Assembly: GCA_902496295.1 (NCBI GenBank)
Contig: CABVAF010000002.1
Span: 67,503 to 131,502, forward strand
From: an uncultured Clostridium sp.
GTDB taxonomy: Bacteria > Bacillota > Clostridia > TANB77 > CAG-508
Length of the DNA stretch: 64,000 nt
Direction of reading: 5' to 3'
Shown here: positions 18,025 through 27,982 of the stretch, piece by piece
Position numbering within the stretch: position 1 is the first letter of the stretch
Layout of the letters: the number at the start of each line of letters is the position of its first letter
The notes under the pieces: model-generated
Seen by the model: the letters and a program-made list of their open reading frames with translations, nothing else
The model's database searches: none
Told to the model about the DNA's origin: nothing
Position numbers and translations under genes: made by a program

Positions 18025-19227
18025 TTATTCAGAATATTTTTTTACAATTTCCACAAGAATATCTACAACCTTTTCCATATCTTCTAAAAAAATGTATTCA
18101 TATATTCCGTGAAAATTGTGTCCTCCTGTTCCAAGATTAGGACAAGGTAATCCTTTTTCAGATAAATTGGAACCATCTGTGCCACCTCTTATTTCATGAA
18201 TTAAAGGTTGTACATTTACTTTTCGCATTGCTTTTTCGGCATTATCTACAAGATGTATATGTTTAGAAATTATTTCTTTCATATTGTGATATGTATCGGA
18301 AATCTCAATAGTTATACAGTTATTATATTTTTCGTTTAGGTTTCTAACTATTTTTCTAAACTCATTCTTTCTCTTTTCGAAGCCCTCTTTTTCAAAATCT
18401 CTAATTAAAAATTTAACTTGCGTGTCTGTAACATCTCCTTGAATTGAACTGAGATGATAATATCCTTCACGTTTTTCTGTAGTTTCTGGGTATTCTTTAG
18501 GAATTAAGTTAATTATTTCATTTGCAATCAATTGCGAATTAACCATTACATTTTTAGCTGAACCCAGATGGGTAGAAATTCCCTTAATACTAATATTTAT
18601 GGTTGCCGCATTAAAATTTTCATAAGATATTTCACCTAAATTAGAGCCGTCAATTGTATAAGCAAAATCTGCTTTAAATTTAGAAAAATCAAAATAATCT
18701 GTACCTCTTCCAATTTCTTCATCTGGAGTAAATGCAACATAAATATCGCCATGCTTAATATTATTATTTATAATATTTTCTAGCATAACCATTATTTCTG
18801 CAATTCCTGCTTTGTCGTCAGCTCCAAGTAAAGTTGTTCCATCTGTTGTAATTAAAGTTTTTCCTTTATGTTTTCTTAAGTCAGGATACTTATTCACATC
18901 TAAATACTCTTTTTCACTAAGCTGTATAGATTCACCGTTGTAATTACGTATTATCTTGGGATTTACGTCTACATCAGTAACCGCTTCTGATGTATCCATA
19001 TGTGCTATAAAACCAATTTTAGGTGCATTTTCTACTCCCTTAAGAAAAGCATAAACATAGCAATAAGTTTCATCCAGCCAAACTTCATCCATATTTAATT
19101 CTTTAAGTTCTTCTACTAGCACTTTTGCTAAACTTCTTTGGTTGTTTGTGCTTGGTGTTGTTTTAGTATTAGAATTTGAATTCGTCGGAATATGAATGTA
19201 CTTTAAAAATTTGTTTAGTAAAGACAT
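18025..19227 (-). CDS. pepT: Peptidase T (M20B tripeptidase)
   Basis: IAHMDT, GADDKAGIAEIM and TPDEEIG metal-binding motifs. 400 aa. Confidence 0.85.
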   Translation of the reverse strand: MSLLNKFLKYIHIPTNSNSNTKTTPSTNNQRSLAKVLVEELKELNMDEVWLDETYCYVYAFLKGVENAPKIGFIAHMDTSEAVTDVDVNPKIIRNYNGESIQLSEKEYLDVNKYPDLRKHKGKTLITTDGTTLLGADDKAGIAEIMVMLENIINNNIKHGDIYVAFTPDEEIGRGTDYFDFSKFKADFAYTIDGSNLGEISYENFNAATINISIKGISTHLGSAKNVMVNSQLIANEIINLIPKEYPETTEKREGYYHLSSIQGDVTDTQVKFLIRDFEKEGFEKRKNEFRKIVRNLNEKYNNCITIEISDTYHNMKEIISKHIHLVDNAEKAMRKVNVQPLIHEIRGGTDGSNLSEKGLPCPNLGTGGHNFHGIYEYIFLEDMEKVVDILVEIVKKYSE

Positions 19228-19450
19228 ATATTACCTCCTTCAAACTTTTTAATAATTTTCCTACTACAAAAATTAACTTCTGTCAGATAATTAATAATTA
19301 TATACTACCATGTTTCATATAATTTATCAATCAAGATTTAATTTTCAAAAACAACTACCAAATTTTAGTTAGCAGTTGTTTTTATTTAACTAAATCAATT
19401 TAATATTTTCTATTCTTCCTCTAATAAATTGTAGATTAAGAATTTGAATA

Positions 19451-19490
19451 AAAATAAAAAAAGCTGAAATTAGTTAAAATTTCAACTTTT
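19451..19490 (-). terminator. Terminator after tRNA-Leu
   Basis: Stem AAAGTTGAAATT/AATTTCAGCTTT followed by a T-run on the minus strand. Confidence 0.6.
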
Positions 19491-19511
19491 TTCCTTCAAA
19501 ACTATATGTTT

Positions 19512-19599
19512 TGGTGCAGTTGGCCGGAATCGAACCGGCACGGTTTATTCAACCGCAGGATTTTAAGTCCTGTGCGTCTGCCAGTTCCGCCACAACTGC
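19512..19599 (-). tRNA. tRNA-Leu (anticodon UAA), class II with long variable arm, encoded CCA
   Basis: Reverse complement folds by hand: acceptor GCAGTTG/CAACTGC, anticodon arm CAGGA-CTTAAAA-TCCTG, long variable arm, T arm GCCGG-TTCGATT-CCGGC, ACCA end. Confidence 0.9.
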
Positions 19600-19621
19600 A
19601 TTTATTGAACTGACAAGATAT

Positions 19622-19651
19622 ATTGTACTACGCTTATTTATGTTTTGTCAA
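19622..19651 (-). promoter_or_regulatory. Promoter of tRNA-Leu
   Basis: TTGACA-18 nt-TACAAT on the minus strand, about 20 nt upstream of the tRNA 5' end. Confidence 0.55.
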
Positions 19652-19841
19652 GACGTTTTTGCAAATTTATTAATTTTTTGAACCGATATTTTTTGAACTC
19701 AAATTTTTAAACTTCTTTTGGAAGTTACTTTTACAATTTACTATTTTTGGGCTTATACTTTTTAAGCTATATAAAACAAAATAAGCAGGGAGAAATTCCC
19801 TACCTATTTCTATGAATTCATAGATTCTATTAAATCATAAA

Positions 19842-20120
19842 TTATTTCTTGTTTACTAAATCTTTTAAAGCTTTTCCTGCTTTGAATACAGGTGCTTTAG
19901 ATGCAGGTATTTTTATTTCTTCCTTAGTTTGTGGATTTCTACCTTTTCTAGCAGCTCTTTTTCTTACTTCGAAAGAACCAAATCCAACTAATTGAATTTT
20001 GTCTCCCTTAACTAATGATTCTGTTACAACATCTGTAAAAGCATTTAATGATGCTTCAGCGTCTTTTTTTGTTGCTCCTGTTTTAGCTGCTATAGCTGCT
20101 ACTAAATCTGATTTGTTCAT
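19842..20120 (-). CDS. hup: HU-family DNA-binding protein
   Basis: [11 protein letters not shown]...[20 protein letters not shown] is a canonical HU sequence. 92 aa. Confidence 0.9.
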   Translation of the reverse strand: MNKSDLVAAIAAKTGATKKDAEASLNAFTDVVTESLVKGDKIQLVGFGSFEVRKRAARKGRNPQTKEEIKIPASKAPVFKAGKALKDLVNKK

Positions 20121-20306
20121 CTTTCATTACCTCCTATAAGATTTTATATGTAGAATACTTGAGCAATATCTACTAGTTACATTATTCGCCATTCTTGTAT
20201 AAAATCCTTCTTTTTTTTCATTTTATTTTTTATCAAACTATTTATTTTCTAGGCTTTCATTTTGTTTTGTGTTTGTAATTGGCTTTTTTCTAGCATTCTA
20301 CGACTT

Positions 20307-21929
20307 TTATTCTTGAAATTTCTTCAAGAATTTACTCCCGTATGGAATCATGCAAATTTCATTTTTTGAAAAAGTTTTTAAAATAATAATCATTATAAAA
20401 TAAATTATTACCGAAAATAACATAGTGATAATTAATGTTAAGTTTGCGCTAACAAATCCTAATAAAACTTTATATACTATTTTTGAGCTAACTGTCATTA
20501 TTAGTACTGCAATTACTGGCTTAACTATGAATTTACTTTTTTCAAACTTTATTCCCACTTTCTTTGTTAAAACTGCTAGTTCAATTATTAAAACAACAGC
20601 ATGACATACCACTGATGATAGTGCAGCTCCAGCTGTCCCTCCTAATATAAATGTTTCACTATTAATCGGCACTAAAATTAAGTTTAATATTAATTTAACT
20701 ATTCCTCCTATTGCTAATGCTATTGCAGGAATAAAAACTTTTCCTATTCCATGTAATGCAGCACCTACAGTTTGCTCTATTAAAATAAATATTATTCCTA
20801 GACAACTTATCTGATATATAAATTCTCCAGACGCGGCATTTGGAAATAGTAATAATAAAATTTGTTTTGCATAAAGTATCATTCCAACCATACATGGTAA
20901 ACCTATTAAAATACTAACCAAAATAGAAAATTTTATACGCTTTTCCGCAGTTTTTATATCTCCTTTTGCAGTTGCTTTCGACATTGCGGGAACCAAAGCA
21001 GTTGCAAATGCCATATTGAAAGACATCGGTATTGTAACTAGAGTTTCAACTTTCCCACTAAGTATACCATACTGTATTTTTGCTGCTTCTTCAGACATAA
21101 AATTTTTTAGACCTCTTACAACTGTCATAGAGTCTATATTTCTGTTAAGTGCTCCAAATATACCACTTAAAGACATAGGTATTGAAACAAAAAGTATTTG
21201 TTTTATAGTTTTTCTAATTCTAGTTGGTTTATAATTAACTGTATTTTTTATTTCTCCCGCAATAATTGGTCTAATTGTTCTATAATAATTTATTAAATAT
21301 ATAAAACATGTACAAGCAGATAAACTTGTTGCCAAATTTGCTCCTGCTGCCATAACAACTGTATCCATTCCTGAAATTATACTTAATGAATTTACAATTA
21401 AAATTGTAAATAATGTTTTAAATACTTGTTCTAGACTTTGTGATCTTGCTGTAATAGCTATATTTTCTCTACCATTAAAATATCCTCTTATAACTGCAAT
21501 TACAGAAACAAAGAATATAGATGGTGAAAGAGCAACTAGTGCCATTTCTGCTTCTGGTATTTGCAAAAAAACATTAGATATAGTATGTGCTCCAAAGAAA
21601 AGTACCATAGAACAAAAAAATCCAATTGTTGAAAATGTGACTAATGCAATTTTAAAAACTTTATGTGCTCCTCTATGGTCTCCAACTGCAACTCTTTCAG
21701 ATATAAGTTTTGACAAAGCATTTGGTACTCCCATTGCAGATATTGTAAGGAGTAGAGTATATACCTGAAATCCGCTACTATATATTGCATTTCCCTTATC
21801 TCCAAAACCTTCTTTGTTTGTTAAATAAAGTTTATATACCAATCCTAAAACTTTTACAAACACTTGTGATATCATAAGTACAACAACACTTTGCATAAAA
21901 GTTTCTTTTTTTAATTTTTTTCTTTTCAT
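20307..21929 (-). CDS. MOP-superfamily flippase (SpoVB / polysaccharide biosynthesis protein-like)
   Basis: 540 aa with about 14 TM helices. Layout is typical of SpoVB/MurJ-type Wzx-like exporters. Confidence 0.6.
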   Translation of the reverse strand: MKRKKLKKETFMQSVVVLMISQVFVKVLGLVYKLYLTNKEGFGDKGNAIYSSGFQVYTLLLTISAMGVPNALSKLISERVAVGDHRGAHKVFKIALVTFSTIGFFCSMVLFFGAHTISNVFLQIPEAEMALVALSPSIFFVSVIAVIRGYFNGRENIAITARSQSLEQVFKTLFTILIVNSLSIISGMDTVVMAAGANLATSLSACTCFIYLINYYRTIRPIIAGEIKNTVNYKPTRIRKTIKQILFVSIPMSLSGIFGALNRNIDSMTVVRGLKNFMSEEAAKIQYGILSGKVETLVTIPMSFNMAFATALVPAMSKATAKGDIKTAEKRIKFSILVSILIGLPCMVGMILYAKQILLLLFPNAASGEFIYQISCLGIIFILIEQTVGAALHGIGKVFIPAIALAIGGIVKLILNLILVPINSETFILGGTAGAALSSVVCHAVVLIIELAVLTKKVGIKFEKSKFIVKPVIAVLIMTVSSKIVYKVLLGFVSANLTLIITMLFSVIIYFIMIIILKTFSKNEICMIPYGSKFLKKFQE

Positions 21930-22116
21930 TTTTCACCTTTTACTTACTTCATGAGTTATTTAATTTTATTAAAATTCCATAACAATTATGCAAAATAGTT
22001 AAAAATCTAAAAAGTCAAAAAAGTATATAAATATATGTAAATTAAGCAACTTTTTTTACAAAATCTATTGTATTTTTTGTCATTTTATAAGATAATATAT
22101 ATGTATAATAATAACG

Positions 22117-24489
22117 TTGAAAGCGGTGAATTATTTGAAACTAATAGACAAATTTTTAAAATTTTTAAAAACAGATAGAAATACATTTGTATCTTATATA
22201 TTAGCATTAATATCTGCTTACATAATGGTAGATAGAATTGTTGAAATATTATTTATAATATTTACTGGAGTCTCTTATTCTTATTGGGGACCAATAGAAT
22301 ATACATTATCATTTGCTTGTATAGCATTTGCATTTTTTATTTCCTTTGGATCTAAATTTGCCAAAAATGATAGAGATAAAATTAGAATATTCCATATATT
22401 TTGTATATCACTTTATATAGTAGCTATTTCAGCATGTGTACAATGGTTAAACCAAGCATTATGGTTAGGTTTATTATCACTTCCAAACTTCCCTGGATTA
22501 GTAAGTGAATTTCACAACTTATTCTTCCCAGCCTTAACCGCTCTTGGAATTTATTTTCCACTTACTACATTCTACAAGTTATTTAAGTGGTTAACATTTA
22601 CTGTAGATGATAGTAAAGATACTGTAGACTCTATATGTGATTATGGTGGAATTAGTTTAGCTACAACTAGCAAAGACCATGGAGTATATTCATGTGACGT
22701 AAAAATTTGTACAGACTCTGAAACAGGTGACAATGTAAAAATACCAGAAGTTAAAAGATTTGAATCTTTACTTGCTGTTGGTGTTTCTGGTTCAGGAAAA
22801 ACATCTATGATATATGAGCCAATGCTTGCTATAGATATAAACAAAAAGTTCTTCTTTAAAGAAGTTTCTAAGGAATTGGGTTTTACAGCATTAAAAACTA
22901 GAATCGCTACACTAAATTGCCCATATGATAACGAATACATTAATAAAAACTTCAATCTTTCAATGCTTATACCAAATCCTGATAAATTAGATGTATATAA
23001 AAAATATATGTCAAAAATGATACTTGCATCTAGTGGAGAAAATATTGTATATAGAGACTTAGGACTTACATATGTTTCTGCAGAACCAGAGTCTACAAGT
23101 AAAATTATAAAAATAGTACAAAACTATAATTTACCTATTAACATAGTAGATCCTGGAAGCAATGATTCGGTCGGCATTAATCCATTTATATACAAAGATC
23201 CTATAAAAACAGGTATTGCAATATCAAGTGTATTAAAAGGACTATTTGCTTACCACAGACCAGATTTACAAATGGCATTTAGAGAAAATGCAGCTATACA
23301 AATTATAGAAAACTTATCTATATTATTAAAAGAAATGTATCCAAGGCTAAATAATGGAGTTTTACCAACATTAGAAGACATGCTTAATTTATTAAATGAC
23401 TTCTCTTTGGTACAACAAATGACTGAAGAAATGAAACAAATTCCAGAACTTGCTGAAAAATATAGAATACTTATAAAATATTTAGAAAGTAATTTCTATG
23501 AAGATGGAATAGATGTTACTAGCACAAAACAGTCCGTATTTACAGCATCTTCAGAGTTGGATAATTTATTAAGATATCCTGGTGTAAAAAATGTACTATG
23601 TAATAGAAATAACAATATAGATTTCGATAAAGCTTTATCTGAAGGACAAATAACTATAGTTTGCACAAGAAGAGGAGATTTAGGTGCAACAGCGCATAAA
23701 GCATTTGGACTATTCTTCTTACTATTAATGCAACAATCTGTTTTAGCAAGACCTGGAAATGATAATACAAGAATTCCACATTTCTTATACATAGATGATT
23801 TCCCAGACTTTGTATGTAAAGCAATAGAACCTATATACACTATCTATAGAAAATACAAAGTTGCAACAGTTTTAGATTCTCAAAACTTATCACAACTAGA
23901 AGGTTCAATGGGAGATTCTGGTGCTAAGAAGATGAAAGAAACTATTTTGGCAAACTGTGTTAATAAAGTTATATTTGGTAATGCTCTTCCAGAAGATATT
24001 GAATGGTGGCAAAAAGAAATGCAAGACAAGAGGGAGTGGACTTGGAGTAGTACGATGGATGGAAGTAAAAATGAATACGATCCAAAAATGAGCGGCATAA
24101 AATATTCTTGGGTTGCAAACTATTCTGCAGGTAAAATTAAAGCTTTAAAAGGAAAACAAATTATTTATAAGGTTAAAGCAACTAATGGAAAAAGTTCTGT
24201 TGGTAAAGGTAACTTAGACTTCATAGACCCTAAATATAAAGCTCCAAAAAGCATTAAAAAGTATGACTTCTTAAAATACACGACTGGTATTTCAGATGCT
24301 GAAAAAGCTAAACAAGCATTTGAAAAAGTAAAAGGAAATTTTGAAGCAGTAACTAAATTAAATGATGTTACTAACACAGATGACGAATATGATCCAATTC
24401 AAACAAATACCAAAAATTCGAGTTTCTTATTTAATAATGATGATGCAATTGTTGTTAATTTAAAAAGGAAAAATAAGAAAGAAGAGTAA
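22117..24489 (+). CDS. Membrane-anchored TraG/TraD/VirD4-like (type IV coupling protein-like) P-loop ATPase
   Basis: About 4-5 N-terminal TM helices, Walker A GVSGSGKTS, Walker B-like HFLYIDDFPDF. The start is uncertain: the track uses TTG at 22117, and TTG at 22135 has a GGTGA SD. Confidence 0.5.
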   Translation: MKAVNYLKLIDKFLKFLKTDRNTFVSYILALISAYIMVDRIVEILFIIFTGVSYSYWGPIEYTLSFACIAFAFFISFGSKFAKNDRDKIRIFHIFCISLYIVAISACVQWLNQALWLGLLSLPNFPGLVSEFHNLFFPALTALGIYFPLTTFYKLFKWLTFTVDDSKDTVDSICDYGGISLATTSKDHGVYSCDVKICTDSETGDNVKIPEVKRFESLLAVGVSGSGKTSMIYEPMLAIDINKKFFFKEVSKELGFTALKTRIATLNCPYDNEYINKNFNLSMLIPNPDKLDVYKKYMSKMILASSGENIVYRDLGLTYVSAEPESTSKIIKIVQNYNLPINIVDPGSNDSVGINPFIYKDPIKTGIAISSVLKGLFAYHRPDLQMAFRENAAIQIIENLSILLKEMYPRLNNGVLPTLEDMLNLLNDFSLVQQMTEEMKQIPELAEKYRILIKYLESNFYEDGIDVTSTKQSVFTASSELDNLLRYPGVKNVLCNRNNNIDFDKALSEGQITIVCTRRGDLGATAHKAFGLFFLLLMQQSVLARPGNDNTRIPHFLYIDDFPDFVCKAIEPIYTIYRKYKVATVLDSQNLSQLEGSMGDSGAKKMKETILANCVNKVIFGNALPEDIEWWQKEMQDKREWTWSSTMDGSKNEYDPKMSGIKYSWVANYSAGKIKALKGKQIIYKVKATNGKSSVGKGNLDFIDPKYKAPKSIKKYDFLKYTTGISDAEKAKQAFEKVKGNFEAVTKLNDVTNTDDEYDPIQTNTKNSSFLFNNDDAIVVNLKRKNKKEE

Positions 24490-24493
24490 AAAG

Positions 24494-24528
24494 TAAGCGA
24501 AGATTAAAATAAATCTTCGCTTTTTTTG
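24494..24528. terminator. Terminator between the convergent T4CP-like and Replic_Relax-like genes
   Basis: Stem AAGCGAAGATT/AATCTTCGCTT followed by T7. Confidence 0.7.
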
Positions 24529-24585
24529 TGAACGATATAGGGTTCACTTCAACCTATCTTTTTTATTAAACTTATATTGTAGTTT

Positions 24586-25527
24586 CTATATTCCCAATAA
24601 CTTAACCTCTACATCTTGCATTTTATATTTTCCTGTTGTTTCATCAATCTTAAACTCTACTAATGTTTTAGCTAAAGTCTCTTCATTTTGTCTTAAATCT
24701 GTAGTAAAATATAATTTTATATTTGATATTTCTACTTGATTTATTACTATCGTTTTAAAAGTTTCTGCCATATGTCTTTCATCTTCGCATACTATAATTA
24801 ATTGTGGTAAACTCATATATCCAGAATCTCCAACTTGAAAATTCTCATAAAAGTCTTTATAAAGTTTCATCTTGTCTACAAGTTTCTTCTCCCAATCTTC
24901 TTCTCTTCTAATTACTTCAAAAACGAATTCTATATATTTATTATTTTTAGTTAATTTTACGCTTCCTCCTGTTGCTTTAAATGCCTTACCATTTTGTTTT
25001 GCTGTAAATGATGGCTTTGGTATATAAGAGTCAAATGCAGATACTTTTCTTAAATATGCTATTATTACTTGATTTCCTGCAAGTCTTTTCTTTACCATTG
25101 CTACAGGTTTTGTATTATCTGTTGGTTGCCATTTACAGTCAATTCCTCTTGAATTAAGTAAATATTTTCCCATTTTTTCTAAGGAATATATACGATATAC
25201 TCCTTTTCCATCTTTGCAATCAAAATAGTATCTAGTTAAAATTTTAGACTTTGTTAACTGCTCTAATTTATTATTTAATTTATCTTGTGAATCTACTTCT
25301 ACATGTTCCCACTCTAGCATTTGAAATATTTGCCTTGATGTCATAAATTCAAATTTATTTACTAACTCTAATATTTTAAAATGTAGGTCATTTATATGCC
25401 CAACATTTATTTTATGGATAATTTGATTCATCGAAACATATCCATCTTTTCCATCAAATACTTTTATTTCACCAGGTCTTATTGCAAATGGTGATACAGT
25501 TGCTTTTATTTCATTATCTTCTACCAT
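24586..25527 (-). CDS. Replication-relaxation (Replic_Relax)-like winged-helix protein
   Basis: The pattern DLHFKILELVNKFEFMTSRQIFQML...KLEQLTKSKILTRY...VYRIYSLEKMG matches my recollection of the family. This assignment is from memory only. Confidence 0.4.
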   Translation of the reverse strand: MVEDNEIKATVSPFAIRPGEIKVFDGKDGYVSMNQIIHKINVGHINDLHFKILELVNKFEFMTSRQIFQMLEWEHVEVDSQDKLNNKLEQLTKSKILTRYYFDCKDGKGVYRIYSLEKMGKYLLNSRGIDCKWQPTDNTKPVAMVKKRLAGNQVIIAYLRKVSAFDSYIPKPSFTAKQNGKAFKATGGSVKLTKNNKYIEFVFEVIRREEDWEKKLVDKMKLYKDFYENFQVGDSGYMSLPQLIIVCEDERHMAETFKTIVINQVEISNIKLYFTTDLRQNEETLAKTLVEFKIDETTGKYKMQDVEVKLLGI

Positions 25528-25573
25528 TTTGCCCTCCTTAACTTTTTCTCAATTTATTTTATCACATTATTTA

Positions 25574-26308
25574 TTATATGTCCAATAGTGATTTTATTTC
25601 GTTTGGCTTTAAGTATCTCCAAGTACCTAATCTTAAATCTTTTACAGAAATATTGCCTATTTTTGTTCTATGTAATGCGAGCACCTTTCTTCCTATAGCT
25701 TCGCACATTTTTCTTACTTCTCTGTTTTTACCTTCATGTATAATTATTTCTACCCTAGAAAGGTCTTTTTCTTTATCTATTCTAAGTATTTTTACCTTAG
25801 CTTTTCCTGTAATATAATCTTCTACTTCTACACCATTTCTTAATTTTTCTACTTCTTCTTCCGCAATTTGACCCTTTAAAGTAACATTATATGTTTTTTC
25901 TACTTCATACTTTGGATGAGTTATTTTATATATAAATTCTCCGTCATTGCTTAATATTATAGCGCCAGACGTATACATATCTAATCTTCCTACTGGTAGC
26001 ACCTTCTCTTTTACTTTTACTAAATCTATAACTGTATTTCTATCAAATTGATCCTTTGTTGTGGTTACATACCCTATTGGTTTATTTAATAGTATGTACA
26101 CCTTTTTACCAGTAATATTAGATATTTTTTTGCCATCTACTTCTACTACATCCTTATTAGGGTCTATTTTTGTTCCAAGCTCTGTTACAACATTTCCATT
26201 TACATTTACTCTTCCAGATAAAATATACTCTTCTGCTTTTCTTCTAGAGCAAATTCCTTGATTTGCTATAAACTTTTGTAATCTTTCTACTTCCAAATTT
26301 TCCTCCAT
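25574..26308 (-). CDS. rluB: Pseudouridine synthase, RsuA/RluB family
   Basis: N-terminal S4 domain (RLQKFIANQGICSRRKAEEYI) and catalytic VGRLDMYTSG. Confidence 0.85.
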   Translation of the reverse strand: MEENLEVERLQKFIANQGICSRRKAEEYILSGRVNVNGNVVTELGTKIDPNKDVVEVDGKKISNITGKKVYILLNKPIGYVTTTKDQFDRNTVIDLVKVKEKVLPVGRLDMYTSGAIILSNDGEFIYKITHPKYEVEKTYNVTLKGQIAEEEVEKLRNGVEVEDYITGKAKVKILRIDKEKDLSRVEIIIHEGKNREVRKMCEAIGRKVLALHRTKIGNISVKDLRLGTWRYLKPNEIKSLLDI

Positions 26309-26372
26309 ATCAGCTTCATTTTATATTTTATTTCTATTACATTTTCAGTTTATATCTTACTTTAATTAATTT

Positions 26373-27371
26373 CTATTTAGAATTCTCTATTGTTTCTAAT
26401 TCTTTTAACACCTTTTCAAAATATTCTGGTAAAGGTGCCTCAAAGTGCATGTTTTCTCCAGTAGTTGGATGCTTAAAGTCTAATTCTTTGGCATGTAGCA
26501 TTTGTCCCTCTACTCCAAAGTCATTCTTCCCATTAGAATATACTGCATCTCCTACGACTGGATACCCTATATGCGACATATGAACTCTTATTTGATGAGT
26601 TCTTCCTGTGTCTATTTTTACTTGTATATAAGTATACTTGTTATATCTATTTAATACTTTAAAATGAGTTATCGCTTCTTTTCCGTTTTTGTCTACAGCC
26701 ATCTTCTTTCTATCTTTTGTACTTCTTCCTATTGGCATTTTTATTGTGGCCTCATTTTCAGAAATAACACCTCTTACTAAAGCAACATATATTTTCTTTA
26801 CCTCTCTATTTTTTATTTGGTTAGATAAATTTATATGAGCCACATCATTCTTAGCAATAACTAACAATCCAGATGTATCCTTATCTATTCTATGTACAAT
26901 TCCAGGTCTTATTTCTCCACCAATTCCAGATAAAGAACCCTCGCAATGTGCCATTATTGCATTAGCTAAAGTTCCGTCTGGATTGCCATTTCCAGGATGT
27001 ACTACCATTCCCTTAGGTTTATTTACTACTAAAATATCTTTGTCTTCATAAATAATATCTAGTGGAATATTTTGCTTTTTTAAATTACTTTCTTCTGGTC
27101 TTGGAAGTTCTACAGTTATAATGTCATTTTCTTGAACCTTATATGATTCTTTTTCTATTTCATTATTTACTAATACATTTCCACTTTTTATTAACTTTTG
27201 CACCATGCTTCTAGATAACTCATCTATGTTATTTGTTATATATGCATCAAGTCTTATTCCAGGCTCCTTTACTATTAACTCTTTTAACAATATGTTTTTT
27301 TCATGGTTATTATCTAGTTTACTATTAGCTTTATTACTATTTATTACGCTATTTTTTACTTTCTCCTCCAC
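26373..27371 (-). CDS. rluD: Pseudouridine synthase, RluA/RluD family
   Basis: S4 domain, catalytic HRIDKDTSGLL and GRTHQIRVH motif. Confidence 0.85.
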   Translation of the reverse strand: MEEKVKNSVINSNKANSKLDNNHEKNILLKELIVKEPGIRLDAYITNNIDELSRSMVQKLIKSGNVLVNNEIEKESYKVQENDIITVELPRPEESNLKKQNIPLDIIYEDKDILVVNKPKGMVVHPGNGNPDGTLANAIMAHCEGSLSGIGGEIRPGIVHRIDKDTSGLLVIAKNDVAHINLSNQIKNREVKKIYVALVRGVISENEATIKMPIGRSTKDRKKMAVDKNGKEAITHFKVLNRYNKYTYIQVKIDTGRTHQIRVHMSHIGYPVVGDAVYSNGKNDFGVEGQMLHAKELDFKHPTTGENMHFEAPLPEYFEKVLKELETIENSK

Positions 27372-27966
27372 CTTTTATATCATTTCCTTCTTTCTTCCAT
27401 TTTTCTATTTTTTCCTTTAGCCTTTGCTTTCTATTATTTGCATTTTCTTGCCTTTCCTTACTTTGTGCAAGCCTATGCTTTCTATCTTTTATTTGTTCAC
27501 TTGTAAGTATTGCTGCAAAAAATGCAAATAAAATCCATCCACCTACAATACATATATCCGCAAAATTAAATTTAGGAAAATTAATTAATGGAGATATGTC
27601 TATAAAGTCTACTACTCCCCCTCTAAATACTCTATCTATTAAATTACTAATTCCACCTGCCAAAATAAGTGATAAAGAGGTAGCAGCTTTAATTTCTATT
27701 TTTTCTTTATTAACTACTAAAAATCTTATTAATAAAAATATTACAATAATATTTATTAATAAAAACATACTAGCATCTGAACCAATTCCAAAAGCTCCTC
27801 CAGTATTTTTTATATAAGTAAAGTTTAATACTCCCTTTATAACTTCTACTGTTCCTCCATTAGTTACAGATATTGCAATTATTTTTATAATCTGGTCCAT
27901 TAGTATTACTAAAGAAATAAATATTATTGTTAGTTTTGACCTTGTAATGGAATGTTTTTTATTCAT
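27349..27966 (-). CDS. lspA: Lipoprotein signal peptidase II with a charged C-terminal extension
   Basis: NTGGAFG and FNFADICI motifs and 4 TM helices. About 50 extra K/E/R-rich residues overlap the rluD start. Confidence 0.75.
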   Translation of the reverse strand: MNKKHSITRSKLTIIFISLVILMDQIIKIIAISVTNGGTVEVIKGVLNFTYIKNTGGAFGIGSDASMFLLINIIVIFLLIRFLVVNKEKIEIKAATSLSLILAGGISNLIDRVFRGGVVDFIDISPLINFPKFNFADICIVGGWILFAFFAAILTSEQIKDRKHRLAQSKERQENANNRKQRLKEKIEKWKKEGNDIKGGGESKK

Positions 27967-27982
27967 AATACCTCATTTCAAT

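Noticed and set aside
20695-20895. 66-aa minus-strand ORF within the SpoVB-like gene
   Set aside because: It lies out of frame inside a 540-aa membrane-protein ORF and has no independent support.
14780-25600. Possible prophage or integrative element, suggested by the XRE module, a tRNA gene and the T4CP/Replic_Relax genes
   Set aside because: There is no integrase, recombinase, capsid or tail gene, and I could see no direct repeat of the tRNA 3' end. The intervening genes (ylmH-like, pepT, hup, spoVB-like) look like core genes with host composition.
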